Translations under genes and position numbers: made by a program
Shown here: one piece after another, positions 37,299 to 49,518 of the stretch
Layout: the number at the start of each line of letters is the position of its first letter
How positions within the stretch are numbered: the stretch's first letter is position 1
The notes under the pieces: model-generated
What the model saw: only the letters and a program-made list of their open reading frames with translations
Told to the model about the DNA's origin: nothing
Database searches by the model: none
NCBI GenBank assembly: GCA_036785375.1
Contig: JAWMAR010000185.1
Coordinates: 4,650,001 to 4,714,000, forward strand
Reading direction: 5' to 3'
Length of the DNA: 64,000 nucleotides
Origin: Leucoraja ocellata
Lineage: Eukaryota

Positions 37299-39520
37299 TT
37301 GGAGACCCATAACATTGTTGAATGTAGATTACAAGATCCTGTCTAAGGCCATCGCCAACCGGGTCAAGTCTGCTCTGGGACGGGTAATCCACCCGGACCA
37401 AACCTATGCTGTACCTGGCAGGAAAATCTCAGACAGCCTAGCGCTGCTGAGAGATACCATCGCCTACGTGCAGGACAGACGGGTGGATGCCTGCCTAGTC
37501 AGCTTGGACCAGGAGAAGGCCTTCGACAGGATATCGCACACGTACATGATGGACGTGCTCTCCAAAATGGGTTTTGGGGAGGGAATCCGAAATTGGATCA
37601 AACTGCTCTACACCAATATCAGTAGTGCAATCCAAATCAATGGGTGGGAATCAGACAGTTTCCCTGTAAGGTCTGGAGTCGGGCAGGGTTGCCCTCTCTC
37701 TCCTGTCTTGTTTGTCTGCTGTATTGAACCTTTTGCCGAGTCCATCAGGAAGGATGCGAGCATAAGAGGAGTGACATTGCCAGGCAGTGGAGGCATTCAA
37801 GTAAAGACCTCCCTGTACATGGACGATGTCGCCGTCTTCTGAGCGGATCCAAGGTCAGTCCGCAGATTGATCAGCATCTGCGACCAGTTTGAGTCGGCCA
37901 CGGGAGCCAGGGTGAACCGCAGGAAGAGCGAGGCCATGCTCTTTGGCAACTGGCCCGACCGATCTTCCATCCCCTTCACCATCAAGCCTGACTTCTTGAA
38001 GGTGCTGGGGATCTGGTTCGGGGGGGCTGAGGCGAGTAACAAGAATTGGCTGGAGCGGATAGCCAAGGTGGGGAGGAAGCTGGAGCTGTGGAGGCAATGC
38101 TCCCTCTCCATAACCGGGAGAATTTGGTCATCAGGTGTGAGGTGCTCTCGGGGTTGCTGTACTTGGCACAAGTGTGGCCTGTCTCTCCCTCCTACGCCAC
38201 GGGGATCACCCGGGCCGTCTTCCAGTTCATCTGGGGGTCGAGGATGGACCGGGTGCGACGGGTCACAATGTACAAGTCGGCAGACAACGGGGGTAAAAGC
38301 GTGCCCAATGTCGCCCTCATCCTGATGGCCACCTTTGTGTGTGGCTGCATCAGGCGGAGTGTAGAGCCAAGGCACGTGGGCACTAAGTGTCACTACCTGC
38401 AGAGGTTCTACCTGTCCCCGGTGTTGCGAAGGATGGGCCTGGCGCAGATGCCACGCAATGTGCCAGTCAGCTGGACATTGCCGCCCCATCTGTCGTCTGT
38501 GGAAAGCTTCTTCCGGACCAACACCTTTGACCACAAGTCCATCGGGCAGTGGTCAGCACGGAATGTCCTGCAGGCACTGCAGGGAAAGGACTCGATGGAT
38601 CCGGTGGCGTGGTTCCCAGAGCAGACTGCCCAGCTTGTCTGGCAAAATGCCTCATCGCCAGAACTGACCAACAAGCACCAAGACCTGGCTTGGCTGGCGG
38701 TGAGGGGAGCCCTCTCAGTTAGATCCTTCCGGCACTGTCGGAACCTCACTACCAGCTCACGCTGCCCCCGGGACGGTTGCGGTGGAAAGGAGACGGTTGC
38801 CCACCTCTTTGCAGAGTGTGGGTTTGCAAAAAGAGTCTGGAGAGGTATGCAAGGGTCCCTGGAACGATTTATCCCGAACAGCTCCGTCACAGAGGACTCT
38901 GTGATTTACGGACTGTTCCCAGGGACACATTCAGAGACTGACATCGAGTGCTGCTGGAGGGTCATCAACTCGGTGAAAGACGCTCTTTGGTCTGACCGAG
39001 CGTTGCTCACCACCCAGCAGAGCGAGATGTCCGTCAGGGAATGTTGCTGACTGGCCCACTGCAGACTGCAGTAGTACGTGCTAAGGGACTCGCTGAAGCT
39101 TTGTGCAGCCAACGCCAAGGCTCGGTGGGGAAGGGCCACAGTCTAGGGTCCTTCCGCTGCTGGACATAGGGGGCACGGTATGGTGGAGATGCCCCTCAAA
39201 TTAAATTAAGGGAAGGTATCCCACGCCAGGGGGCCACATCAGTGGCACGGGTGGGGGACATTATTTGTGGAAATGAAAATGTCAAATGGAATTTTCGCAC
39301 TGTAAACACTGTATATATTTATTACTTGGACAGGGGCCACAGAGTGGCACGGGTGGGGGACTGTTTGGTGAAATTTGACAAATGTAAAAAAAAAAAAATT
39401 GTACTGAAAAAACTTATATAGTCTCCGAAAAGGTCGGATGAATTTTGTTTGTTTGAATGGTTCAGGAATTGTATATATTTATCAATTGAATAAAGTCTAT
39501 TTTGAAATTTAAAAAAAAAA
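37299..39520 (+). mobile_element. 5'-truncated Tx1-like LINE with TSD
   Basis: NWRPITLLNVDYKILSK, SLDQEKAFDRISH, GVGQGCPLSP, YMDD, then a stop at 37840, a frameshift near 38115, CPRDGC..ETVAHLFAEC, AATAAA and A-tail. 15-bp TSD CATTGTTAGAATGAA at 37284-98 and 39523-37. Confidence 0.92.
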
Positions 39521-40090
39521 TCCATTGTTAGAATGAAGCACTTATCAGTATCTTCAGCCCAGATCCTTCAGTCTGGGTTCTGCAGTCAACTAAAATCTTT
39601 TCAGTTCGGTATACTAATGTATTTACATTAAGTTACCTTTGAATTATTGTACCAGAGCATATGCTTTTAAATATGAGAGGAATGGAGAAAATCATATGCA
39701 TTTGGGAAAATAAAGACAGCAAATATGTTAATTCAGCAGGAGTGATACAATAACACTTCCATATATTCCTGAAAAAGGTGCACGTGTAATGTTTAAGAAT
39801 GCACCTTGTTTGTTTGTCACTTGGAAAATTGGTGTAGCAAGGCCTTTTGGACTTGCAACTGACCAATAAATCCTAAATTTTAAGGTTGTGGCAATGTTAC
39901 CAAGTTAAACTTGCTTTCAAATTGCAAATATTTTATGTTTGTGCTCTACAATGATAATGGATGTATAGAATTGTGCATTTAAAATGTGACTGTAAATTAA
40001 AGCTACTGTTTTTATTAGTACTGTATTTATTAGTCCAGTTATTCCTCTCCCAATTGCTACCCAATAGTCTACGCTGTGCTTCCATTTCAG

Positions 40091-40217
40091 CCTCAAAATA
40101 TTCTTCTGACGAGTGAAACACCCCTGGGAGATATTAAAATAGTTGATTTTGGCCTTTCGAGAAGAATCAGTAATAATGAAGAGCTGAGGGAAATCATGGG
40201 AACACCTGAATATGTAG
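40091..40217 (+). CDS. STK17A: STK17A coding exon 4 (127 bp)
   Basis: Acceptor ccatttcag|CCT and donor G|gtaggt. Encodes [42 protein letters not shown] (DFG and activation loop). Not in the ORF track; read by hand. Confidence 0.97.
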
Positions 40218-40547
40218 GTAGGTAATCCGCATTCACACTTACTGGAGCTACAGCTGCATACCTTGAAGAATCTAACCCTCCGAAACCATGCCATGTGTTT
40301 CATTGTGTCCGCCCTACTTGATCTCCCAGTTACTCAGCACTTTAACTCCCCTCCCATTCCCAATCTGTCCTTTCTGTCCTGGGCCGCCTCCATTGTCAGA
40401 GTGAGGCCCAGTGAAAATTGGAGGAACAGCACCTCATATTTTGCTTGGGCAGCTTACACCCCAAATGTATGAACGTTGACTTATCTAACTCCAAATAGCC
40501 CTTGCTTCCCCTCTTTCTCCGTCCCCTTCCCAATTCTCCCACCAGTA

Positions 40548-40766
40548 TTAAGGGTCTGTCCCATGATGCGAGTTCACCCAAGAGCACTCCCGAGTTTAAA
40601 AAAAAAAACCAAACTCGTGGTATTCTACGAACTCCTACGACCTTCCACGAGTGTGTTCACGAACTCCTACGAGTGAAAAGTAACGATTTTTTTCATCACG
40701 AGTATTTTTTTACTCAAAGTTTTTTCAACACTCTGAAAAATGTCCGCAAGTAAAAAAAATACTCGG
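40548..40766. mobile_element. Truncated palindromic MITE
   Basis: TTA-AGGGTCTGTCCCA terminus resembles the MITE at 42920. Internal inverted repeat cgagtatttttttact...agtaaaaaaaatactcg. Confidence 0.5.
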
Positions 40767-40891
40767 TTTATTATTGTCATGTGTACAGTGAAAAGCTTTG
40801 TTTTGCATGCCATCCAAAGAATTCAGTTATTCCATAATAAATACAATCAAGTTAGATAGAGCAACGGGCAAGATACTGAGTGCAGAATATA

Positions 40892-41692
40892 CAGTGCCTC
40901 CATAATGTTTGGGACAAAGACCCATCATTTATCTATTTGCCTCTGTACTCCACAATTTGAGATTTGTAATAGAAAAAAATCACATGTGGTTAAAGTGCAC
41001 ATTGTCAGATTTTAATAAAGGCCATTTTTATACATTTTGGTTTCACCATGTAGAAATTACAGCTGTGTTTATACATAGTTCCCCCCCCCCCCCCCACATT
41101 TCAGGGCACCATAATGTTTGGAACACAGCAATGTTATGTCAATGAAAGTAGTCATGTTGAGTATTTTGGTGCATATCCTTTGCATGCAATGACTGCTTTA
41201 ATCTACGATTCATGGACATCACCAGTTGCGGGTGTCTTCTCTGGTGATGCTCTGCCAGGCCTGTATTGCAGCCATCTTTAGCTTATGCTTGTTTTGGGGG
41301 CAAGTCCCCTTCAGTTTTCTCTTCAGCATATAAAAGGCATGCTCAATTGGGTTCAGATCGGGCAGTTGATGGGAAGACTGTAGGAAAGACTAGGTGCTGT
41401 GAGGTCTCTTATACCTGCATTAAGGTGGCATTTGAACACACCTGAGCAATTACAAACACTTGTGAAGCCATGTGTCCCAAACATTATTGTGCCCTGAAAT
41501 GGGGGGACTATGTAGAAACACAGCTGTAATTTCTACATGTGAAACTGAATGTATAAAAATGGCCTTTAATAAAATCTGACAATGTGCACTTTAGCCACAT
41601 GTGATGTTTTATATTACAGATCTCAAATTGTGGAGTACAGAGGCAAATAAATAAATGATGAGTCTTTGTCCCAAACATTATGGAGGGCACTG
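40892..41692 (-). mobile_element. Tc1-like IR/DR transposon, internal deletion derivative
   Basis: TA|CAGTGCC...GGCACTG|TA with about 230-bp TIRs carrying inner and outer CATAATGTTTGG(G/A)ACA repeats. Minus-strand transposase C-terminal relic PDLNPIEHAF..LKMAAIQAWQSI..SMNRRLKAVIACKGY..KY. Confidence 0.92.
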
Positions 41693-42281
41693 TAGTTCTC
41701 TGCATTGGAATTCGTTCCATGACAACGTCTAATGCCCACAATGGGGTAGAGGTGAATTGGACAGTTCCCAGGCCGATAGAAGGACTGTTCAGAAACCTGA
41801 TAAGAAATGATGAAACTGTTCCAGAGTCTGAGTCACTCTCACAGACAGTTGGTGTGAGCAAGAGAAACTGTTGCAAGCTGCCACAGGTTGAGGCAGGTAC
41901 AGTAATAATACTTAAAAGACACTTGGGTAGGAAAGATTAAGAGGGATATGGACAAAATGTGGGCCAATCGAACGAGCTTCGCTGGGGCATATTGGCATGG
42001 AGGAGTTGTGCTAAAGGGCCTGTGACCATATGGTATACTCTGAAATTAAGTTTAGCTGTAAAAATGGACATAATGTTAAATAACAATTCTGGCCATGATG
42101 TTTCACTCAGTTGACATAAAATATTTTTAGACAATTTTCTCCCTTCTTTCTTAAATTGGGATCACATTTGCTATCATTTGATCCATAGGAACTATTCTAA
42201 ATATGTAACATCATGAAAGATAACAATGCCTCCACGCTTTGTGATGTTCATCTTTAAATTGTTATTTTCCTCCATTTACAG

Positions 42282-42330
42282 CTCCTGAAATTTTAAATTA
42301 TGAACCAATTAGCACTGCAACAGATATGTG
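42282..42330 (+). CDS. STK17A: STK17A coding exon 5 (49 bp)
   Basis: Acceptor ccatttacag|CT and donor TG|gtaagt. Encodes (A)[15 protein letters not shown](W). Followed by a 77-bp intron. Confidence 0.96.
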
Positions 42331-42407
42331 GTAAGTAAAATTCTAAGCGTAACCTTAAATCTTGAGGCAATCTCGGTCGAACTGCTGCTGATAGTTTTTC
42401 TCTCCAG

Positions 42408-42587
42408 GAGTATAGGTGTTCTTGCATATGTCATGCTGACGGGGATCTCGCCTTTCTTGGGAGATGACAAGCAAGAAACCTTCCTCAACATTTCTCAGAT
42501 AAATCTCAGTTTTACAGATGAAGATTTTGAGCATGTCTCCAAACAGGCCATAGACTTCATTAAGTCGCTTCTTGTAAAGGAACCCGA
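42408..42587 (+). CDS. STK17A: STK17A coding exon 6 (180 bp)
   Basis: Acceptor tctctccag|G and donor GA|gtaagt. Encodes (W)[59 protein letters not shown](E). Confidence 0.97.
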
Positions 42588-42919
42588 GTAAGTTGTTAAT
42601 TTCATTGGTTTCTACATTTTATTGATGCGAATGTCAAACGTTATGAAGCCACCCTAGATGCCAGCAGCTTCTGTTTAGTTTGGAGCTACAGTGCTGACGA
42701 GCAATTCCAGCACACTAACACTACCTTACACACACACCACGGACAATTTACAATTTTACTAAAGCCAATTAACCTAGCAACCTGTACATCTTTGGTGTGT
42801 GGGAGGAAACCGGAGCACCCTGAGAAAACCCATGCAGGTCACAGAGAACGTACAAACTCCATACAGACAACACCCGCAGTCAGTATTGAACCCGGGTCTC
42901 TGGTGCTGTAAGGCAGTTA

Positions 42920-43145
42920 TGCCCCTGTCCCACTTAGGAAACCTGAACGGAAACCTCTGGAGACTTTGCGCCCCACCCAAGGTTTCCGTGCGGTTCCCGG
43001 AGGTTTTTGTCAGTCTCCCTACCTGCTTCCACTACCTGCAACCTCCGGCAACCACCTGCAACCTCCGAGAACCGCACAGAAACCTTGGGTGGGGCGCAAA
43101 GTCTCCAGAGGTTTCCATTCGGGTCTCCTAAGTGGGACAGGGGCA
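42920..43145. mobile_element. Palindromic MITE (Harbinger/CryptonV-type ends) inserted in a minus-strand SINE
   Basis: About 85-bp TIRs (TGCCCCTGTCCCACTTAGGA...TCCTAAGTGGGACAGGGGCA), flanked by TTA and TAA. The SINE resumes on both sides. Confidence 0.85.
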
Positions 43146-43871
43146 TAACTCTACCACTGTGCCCCCGTGCTGCCCTTGGTTTATATTTTGTATCTCCAGG
43201 TCAATAGTACTTAGTTGCACTGATATAAATATTATCTTTTGTCTTTAGATGTTGAGCCTATGGTTCAAAATGGTTTAGTGATTTTATGGTTGACAACTGA
43301 AACTAATGTTTAATTTTGTTCCTAAGGACCCCATTTTTATAATTATTTTTTCAAACGTGCATGAAATAAAAAGGGGTCCAAGCGAAAGTAGAGGTTAATT
43401 ATATTGCTAGTCTGTGCTGCTCTAGTACAATAAGATTGGCATATTGATAGTTTACAACTCATAAAACAATATAAGAAACTAGTATTTTGGCCATCTTGCC
43501 TTTGTTTGTTTGTTACCAAAATATCATGGTCTCTACTAATCCAGTCCCTTTTATTTAATGGAATTAGAGTTGCAACTATCTATCCTCATCCACTCTTACC
43601 ATCATAGAATCATAGAGCTATACAGCATGAAACGGGCCCTATTCACTCATTCCCTCATTTATCTCTAAAATTGCATCACCCTGTCTAATTTGTGTCCATA
43701 TTACATTGTGAATCCAGCTCTTTCTCCATTCCACTAATTAGTCCTTATCTTCTGGAAGTCTTCAGAGATTACTAAACCACTATTTTTGTTTTATTAAACA
43801 AATTTTGTGATTGAGTTTTTAATACTCAAAAACAAGTTATCTTCTTACAACCTGGTAAGAACTCTTGAGGA

Positions 43872-45162
43872 GATATGGATCAACAACCAGATTGGTTAAA
43901 GATGGAAAAGGAAGATTGGTTACCTTTTGAAATTGGCTCGATCTTGTTAACCCCCACAAAATTGAATAAAAAAACATAGTGAAAATCCGATAATATATAG
44001 TGGTATACGAACTCGGAAACAATTAAAAATGACTTTAAAATTGGATAATTTATCACTCCTTCTCCCCATTGTAAATAATCCTTCATTTAAACCTTCTGTG
44101 TTGGATAAAGGTTTTGTACAATGGAAAAATTATGGAATTAAAAATGTGGGACATCTTTACAGAAAAGGTATTTTTCTTTCATTTCAGGAGTTACAACAGA
44201 ATTATGGACTACATTCAAATAATTTTTTTAGATATTTACAACAGAGATTATGTTAAAACACATACACAAGAATATAGAACTAGCGAGCCAGAGATCCTTG
44301 ACGAATGTTTGATTAAACATCCTAACACAGATAAATTAATATCTCACATTTATAATATTCTTTTAGTGAGGTCCCGTCGACGGAACTATATAGACAAGCA
44401 TGGGAAAATGTATTAGCTCAACCCATAATGAAAGATATATGGGATGAAAGTTTACAACAATGCTTGTTAAATGACAGACACTCTTTAATACATTCTAAAG
44501 TACTACATAGACTGCACTATTCTAAAACAAAATTAACCAGAATGTTTCCAAATATTTCTTCTATCTGTGATGCATGTCAATATTTAGAAGCTAATTTAAC
44601 TCATACTTTTGTAAACTGTACTAAAATTTAAAATTTCTGGACGGATATTTTTAAAATTATTTCTGAAGTTGTTAATATCCAATTGGATCCTGATCCAAAA
44701 CTAATAATATTAGGAATATCAGAACAAAGCTTAAAACTTACAACAAACCAAATAAATGCCCTTGATTATAGTATAATTGGAAAAAATTAATATTAAAATT
44801 TTGGAAAAACTCAACAACCCCCACAATTAAAATGTGGATTATGGAGATGTCTGAGACCTTACACTTGGAAAAAATTAGACTTATCTTAATTGACAAATCA
44901 GAATTATTTGCTAGAATTAGTCTCCATTTATTGATTTTCTGAAAGGTGGTTCAGCACGGAAACTTGATTCCAGGATTGTGTTATTGGTAATTTATTTTAT
45001 TTTTTTATTTTTTCTCCCTCCCTTCTTTCTATGGCTCTATTTTTCAAAAAAATCTATAAAAAAATAAACACAAGCTGTTAATATGTTACTGATAAACAAA
45101 TCGTGTTTTGGTTATGATATATATATATATATATATTTCTAATAAAAACATATTAAAAAAAA
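43872..45162 (+). mobile_element. 5'-truncated L1 with TSD
   Basis: PIVNNPSFKPS..W...GI, KVLHRLHYSK..CDAC...ANLTHTF..C, AATAAA at 45141 and an A-tail. 15-bp TSD AAGAACTCTTGAGGA at 43857-71 and 45163-77. Confidence 0.92.
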
Positions 45163-45281
45163 AAGAACTCTTGAGGAACACCTCAACCTTCCTCCACTTC
45201 CAGCAGTGTGTGGTGATATGCCCCATTGCCTGTTATTTAATTTTGATATTTAACTTATTTCCGCTTTATTTTCTTTGCCAG

Positions 45282-45579
45282 AGAACGAGCTTTAGCTGAG
45301 GAATGTCTTGAACACCCATGGATGGCACACGAATGCGATGAAACTGGATTTGTCACGGGAAGTTCAGTCGGCCCCCCCGAATCCACAGTTTCAGAAGAAT
45401 CAGAAAGGCAAAGTCAAGACACTGAGGAGCTTATTGTCATGGCATCATACACACTGGGACAGTGTAGACAGTCGGAGAAAGAAAACCTAAAAACGGACCA
45501 AAAAGCCATTTCCAAACGTTTCAAGTTTGAAGAGCCCTTCAATACCTTACAGGAGATTTCGGGAGAGTTTATCTATTGA
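45282..45579 (+). CDS. STK17A: STK17A coding exon 7 (last), to stop TGA
   Basis: Acceptor ttctttgccag|A. Encodes [14 protein letters not shown]...[52 protein letters not shown]. The C-terminal tail is typical of STK17A rather than STK17B. Confidence 0.96.
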
Positions 45580-47275
45580 GTAATGAGATGAAGCACTCTA
45601 TATTTGACTACATTTTATTTCTTCCTCTGCGGATATTCAAGTAGAAAAAATTTAATGTCCAAACACCAAAAACGAATGTGCCTATCTTATGGATTTAATA
45701 TGCATGAAATGCTCAGACTAAAGCCAAACAAAGAGCTGTAAGAGATAGTATATAATTGATGAACATTTCCAGGTGCACAGTTGGTGTTGGTTTCACAAAA
45801 GGTGGCTAGCTGTGTATCGTGGGGAAATTATTGGTTCTATTTGCACAGTGGGTGGTGACTGATCGTGGGGGCTGGTGAATAAAAGTTCTGAATAGATTCT
45901 TTAAGCCATTGTACAGTTAGCAATATATTTTAAACGTGCAATACTTGTGAGTAATGCACTTGATACTTCGTAGGGAATCTGAAAATACCTGTTTTCTGCA
46001 AAAAATTGTTCGCAAATAATGCACGTTTGACTTTGTTACCAACTGGAACTATTCGCAACATTCCTTAATTTTTTTAATGTACATGATTTATACAACTAGA
46101 GTTGGTGTTCTTGATGGCTTTTGTCATAGTTGATTTATATTACTATTTTTTGAATAATATTGATTGTGTATGTATTTTTGTTCAAATAGTTTTTATGAAA
46201 TTTTGCTCAAGATTTCAATGATAGGTGCAACTGTTGTGCCTTGCAGATTAGAAATTAATATAGTATTCATTATGCAGATAACTGCAAAATAGTTTAGTTA
46301 AATATACAGCAATTTGTTGGTAACCTGGATAACTTTTTGGAACAATGAACACATTTTGTTGGTTTTGATTAGTTAGAAAGCTTTTACGAAATCACTTTTC
46401 TAAATACCTTTATTTAACTTGCTTAAAATGAAATGCCCATACTACTCTCTGCAGGCAATTGAATAGAGTACAATACTTTATTGCACTGTACTGTGCAATA
46501 GTCATTACAGGAGGCTTGTCTCGAGAGGTTCACGCCAATGGATCAGGCACAAAGTTCTGTTCAGCAGCTGGTGTTCATGCCAAGTTGTATTTATTCCAAT
46601 TCCTAATTGTATAGCACAAATGTATAATCTTTTGCAACACTCTCCCTGTCTTTAAAACAAAAAATAACTTGCGGATTCCTGACCACAGTCACGTTTTAAT
46701 TATGTTTTTAAAAAGTTTTTTAAGGTGATCTTAATCTTGAATCTTAAGTTTATCTTAAATCCAGTTTTTGTTCATTTCCCCACATCTCCTAACCCAATAC
46801 CCGTTCACAATAAAGTGCTGCTCATTCTCATACAAATGTTAACCTGAAAATGAGCAGCTACATTGAATATTTGGTTCTTTTCAGACTCTGAAGTGTTTAA
46901 TCTGGAACTTCCAGTCTGCAGGATTCATCTGCAAGTGGTGCTCAATACATTCGTATCTGAAAGAACATTCCTTGTGCTACTGAGAATATGTTTGTTTCTG
47001 TATTTAAAAAGTCAGCCAATTTTCTTGATGTAAATTTCCCTCTGAGTTTAAGGTAGCAATATTTTCTTGATTATCTTGTTTTCTGAACAATGTTGTGTTG
47101 AACTTTGCCTTTATTTACAGGTCAATACTGTAAAATTAATCAACTGCTAGCCAGTGCTTGTACCTATGATATTGTGAAACCATATTCTACGAGGGAAAAT
47201 ACAGCAGTTTCTGTATTTTCATCAAAGATGTGTATAATTCCTTTAATAAACATATCTGGATGCATTGATTTTTGT
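45580..47275 (+). other. STK17A: STK17A 3'UTR (putative longest form)
   Basis: AT-rich stretch after the stop with no recognisable TE. AATAAA occurs at 45878, 46809 and 47245. Confidence 0.6.
47245..47250 (+). terminator. Probable distal polyadenylation signal of STK17A
   Basis: AATAAA preceded by TGTA (47231) and followed about 20 nt later by a U/GU-rich element (tttttgttgttgtgtggttt). Confidence 0.65.
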
Positions 47276-48269
47276 TGTTGTGTGGTTTACTACCATTGTT
47301 AGGTACGTGACAACTATTAAAGAGTTTGGCACTCAATGAGCTCAATCATGCTGGACCCAGACTTGTGTTTTTCTGGAAGGTGTACTGCAGCTGAGGGGAG
47401 TTAGCAGGATGGGTCGGGCAGCAAAATGCCGAACTTCTGTCCTGAGATGGCACTCTTGCCTCGCTGCTGTCAAAGACATTTGAATTTTTTTTTAAAATAT
47501 CTGACATTTAAAAGTTATTCAAATATATTTTTTTAAAACACTATTCACAAAGAATAAAAAGTGTAATAACCTGTGCAGTTTTATCCTCAGGATTACAAAT
47601 TATGTTCAATGATGAGTCCGTACCTGGCTTCCAGCTGATCTTGGACCTCTGCATTTCAATACGCAAGCATGGAAATCCAAACTGCAAGCCGCAGGTAAGC
47701 ACTGTTTTGACCAATACAAATCTGCAAATGTCTTGTCTATCTACTAACCAGGATGCTTGATTGGTACCTTAGCATTGTAAATAATATCTGGGTTAATTCT
47801 TGACTGAAGGATCTCTGTCATGTACTTTTGTGCCTCACTTGAGTCCACTGCCAGAGAATGGAACTGCATGGGAATGATTCCAGCTAATGTGGATAATAAT
47901 AGTCTAAATCTGTTGCAAAAGGTCTCAACAAACAGCAAAACTGGACTATCGATTTTCAATTTTTATGGTAGCAAGTACTGTACTGATAACCAAGTGAAAA
48001 TTTCCAGCTAGAAATGGTAGACACACACGGTCAACTAATGCTAGGCACATCACTTTCAATTTTGTAACCTCATTTAATTTTATTTTTTTTAAACAAACTA
48101 CAGACACTAAACATGAAATTTGCTGATTTTTCAACATTCTTTGACCCACAAGATTGTGCAAAGCTCTGCACCAAACTTGGGTGGTGGGGGCAGGGAATAA
48201 TTATGGTCCCCTCTTTATGGTCCTGCTTAAATGACTGCATAATAGCCACACTTGACCATGCTCAGCTGC

Positions 48270-49030
48270 TCACCCATTTAGCAGATAAATGGGTAACCTC
48301 TCCATCAATGTCAACAAGGCAAATAAGATGGTTATCAACTTTGGGAAACATGGTGGTGTACATGCCCCAATTGGCATCACTGGTGCCAAAATAGAATGGT
48401 TGAGAGCTTCAACTTCCTTGGCGATAATATTACAATCGGTTGTGAACCAAACACATTGATCCGATGGCCAAGAGGGCACAACACCTCTTCTTCATTATGA
48501 GACTGAGGGAATTTGCCATGTCTCTAATGACTGACAAACATCAATAGATGCACCATTGACAGAATACTGTCAGGTTGCATCACAGATTGGTGTGGGATTA
48601 GCTCTGCCCAAGATTGCAAGAAATTGCAAAGAGTTGTAGATATAGTCCAGACCATCATATGGGTTGGACTCCCCACCATTGACTCCATCTACACATAACA
48701 CTGCTTTAGAAAAGCAGCCAACATTATCAAAGACTCTCCCACTCCGCTTATTCCTTCTTCCTGCTCCTGTTGGGCAGAAGGTACAGAGGCTTTAAAGCAT
48801 GCACCACCAAATTCTGAAATGGCTTTTTCCCCTGTACCAGGCTTTTGAATGATCTTTCCATAAGCTAGCGAACTGTCCCAATTCATTGTTTATCCCATTG
48901 AGGACATTGGACTGTCGATGGAATTGATGCACTACTATGCTGAGAGTTGTATTCTGCACTCTATCTTCTCCTTTGTAATTGCATTTGACGATAGTATTTA
49001 TGGAGAATACTATCTGCATATGATGAAAGA
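48270..49030 (+). mobile_element. Old Rex1-like LINE 3' fragment
   Basis: Degenerate VESFNFLG..I, AKRAQ.L.F...LR.F and GCIT.W.G..SAQD.KKLQRVV. Confidence 0.6.
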
Positions 49031-49518
49031 ATGTGTCGACTGGGCTTGTATTCACTGGATGAGAGAAGGTCATCGAAATATAAAATTCTTAAAGGATTGT
49101 GCAGGCTAGATGCAGGAAAAATGTTCCTGATGTGGGGGGAGATCTCATTGAGCAGTATTAAATTATGAAGGGTCTGGGGAAAGTAGAAAGGTTTTAGTTC
49201 CTTTGGCATACAGGCTAGAAACCTAGGGATGTAGATTGAAAGTAATTGGTAGATGGATGAGGGAAGATAACAAAAATAACGTACCTTGGTCGATAGAGGT
49301 CCAGCACTCATTGCCCAAAAGAGTGGTGGTTGGAGAAACTCTCATCGCATTTAAACAATACTGGAATGTGTATTTGAAGAGTAACTGGTGTTGGAAGATG
49401 GAATTAGCCTAGGTAACACTCTATCAAATACTACAGACTGTAAATTTTCCATAATTCTAAACATTCATTCCCTCCACCACTCTCACACTGTGAGAGTGTC
49501 ATCTATAAAACACATGTA

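Noticed and set aside
42328-42591. ORF running through the 77-bp intron into exon 6 as an alternative isoform
   Set aside because: It starts at a GTG out of frame with exon 5. Real intron retention gives TGG TAA, an immediate stop.
4360-45579. Assignment to STK17B/DRAK2 or a DAPK
   Set aside because: The C-terminal [30 protein letters not shown] and the COA1 neighbour point to STK17A.
47744-47959. Minus-strand ORF ending AKVPIKHPG as a COA1 exon
   Set aside because: The true IPV exon is at 57168-57092 with matching splice sites and phase, and COA1 ends at 51927.
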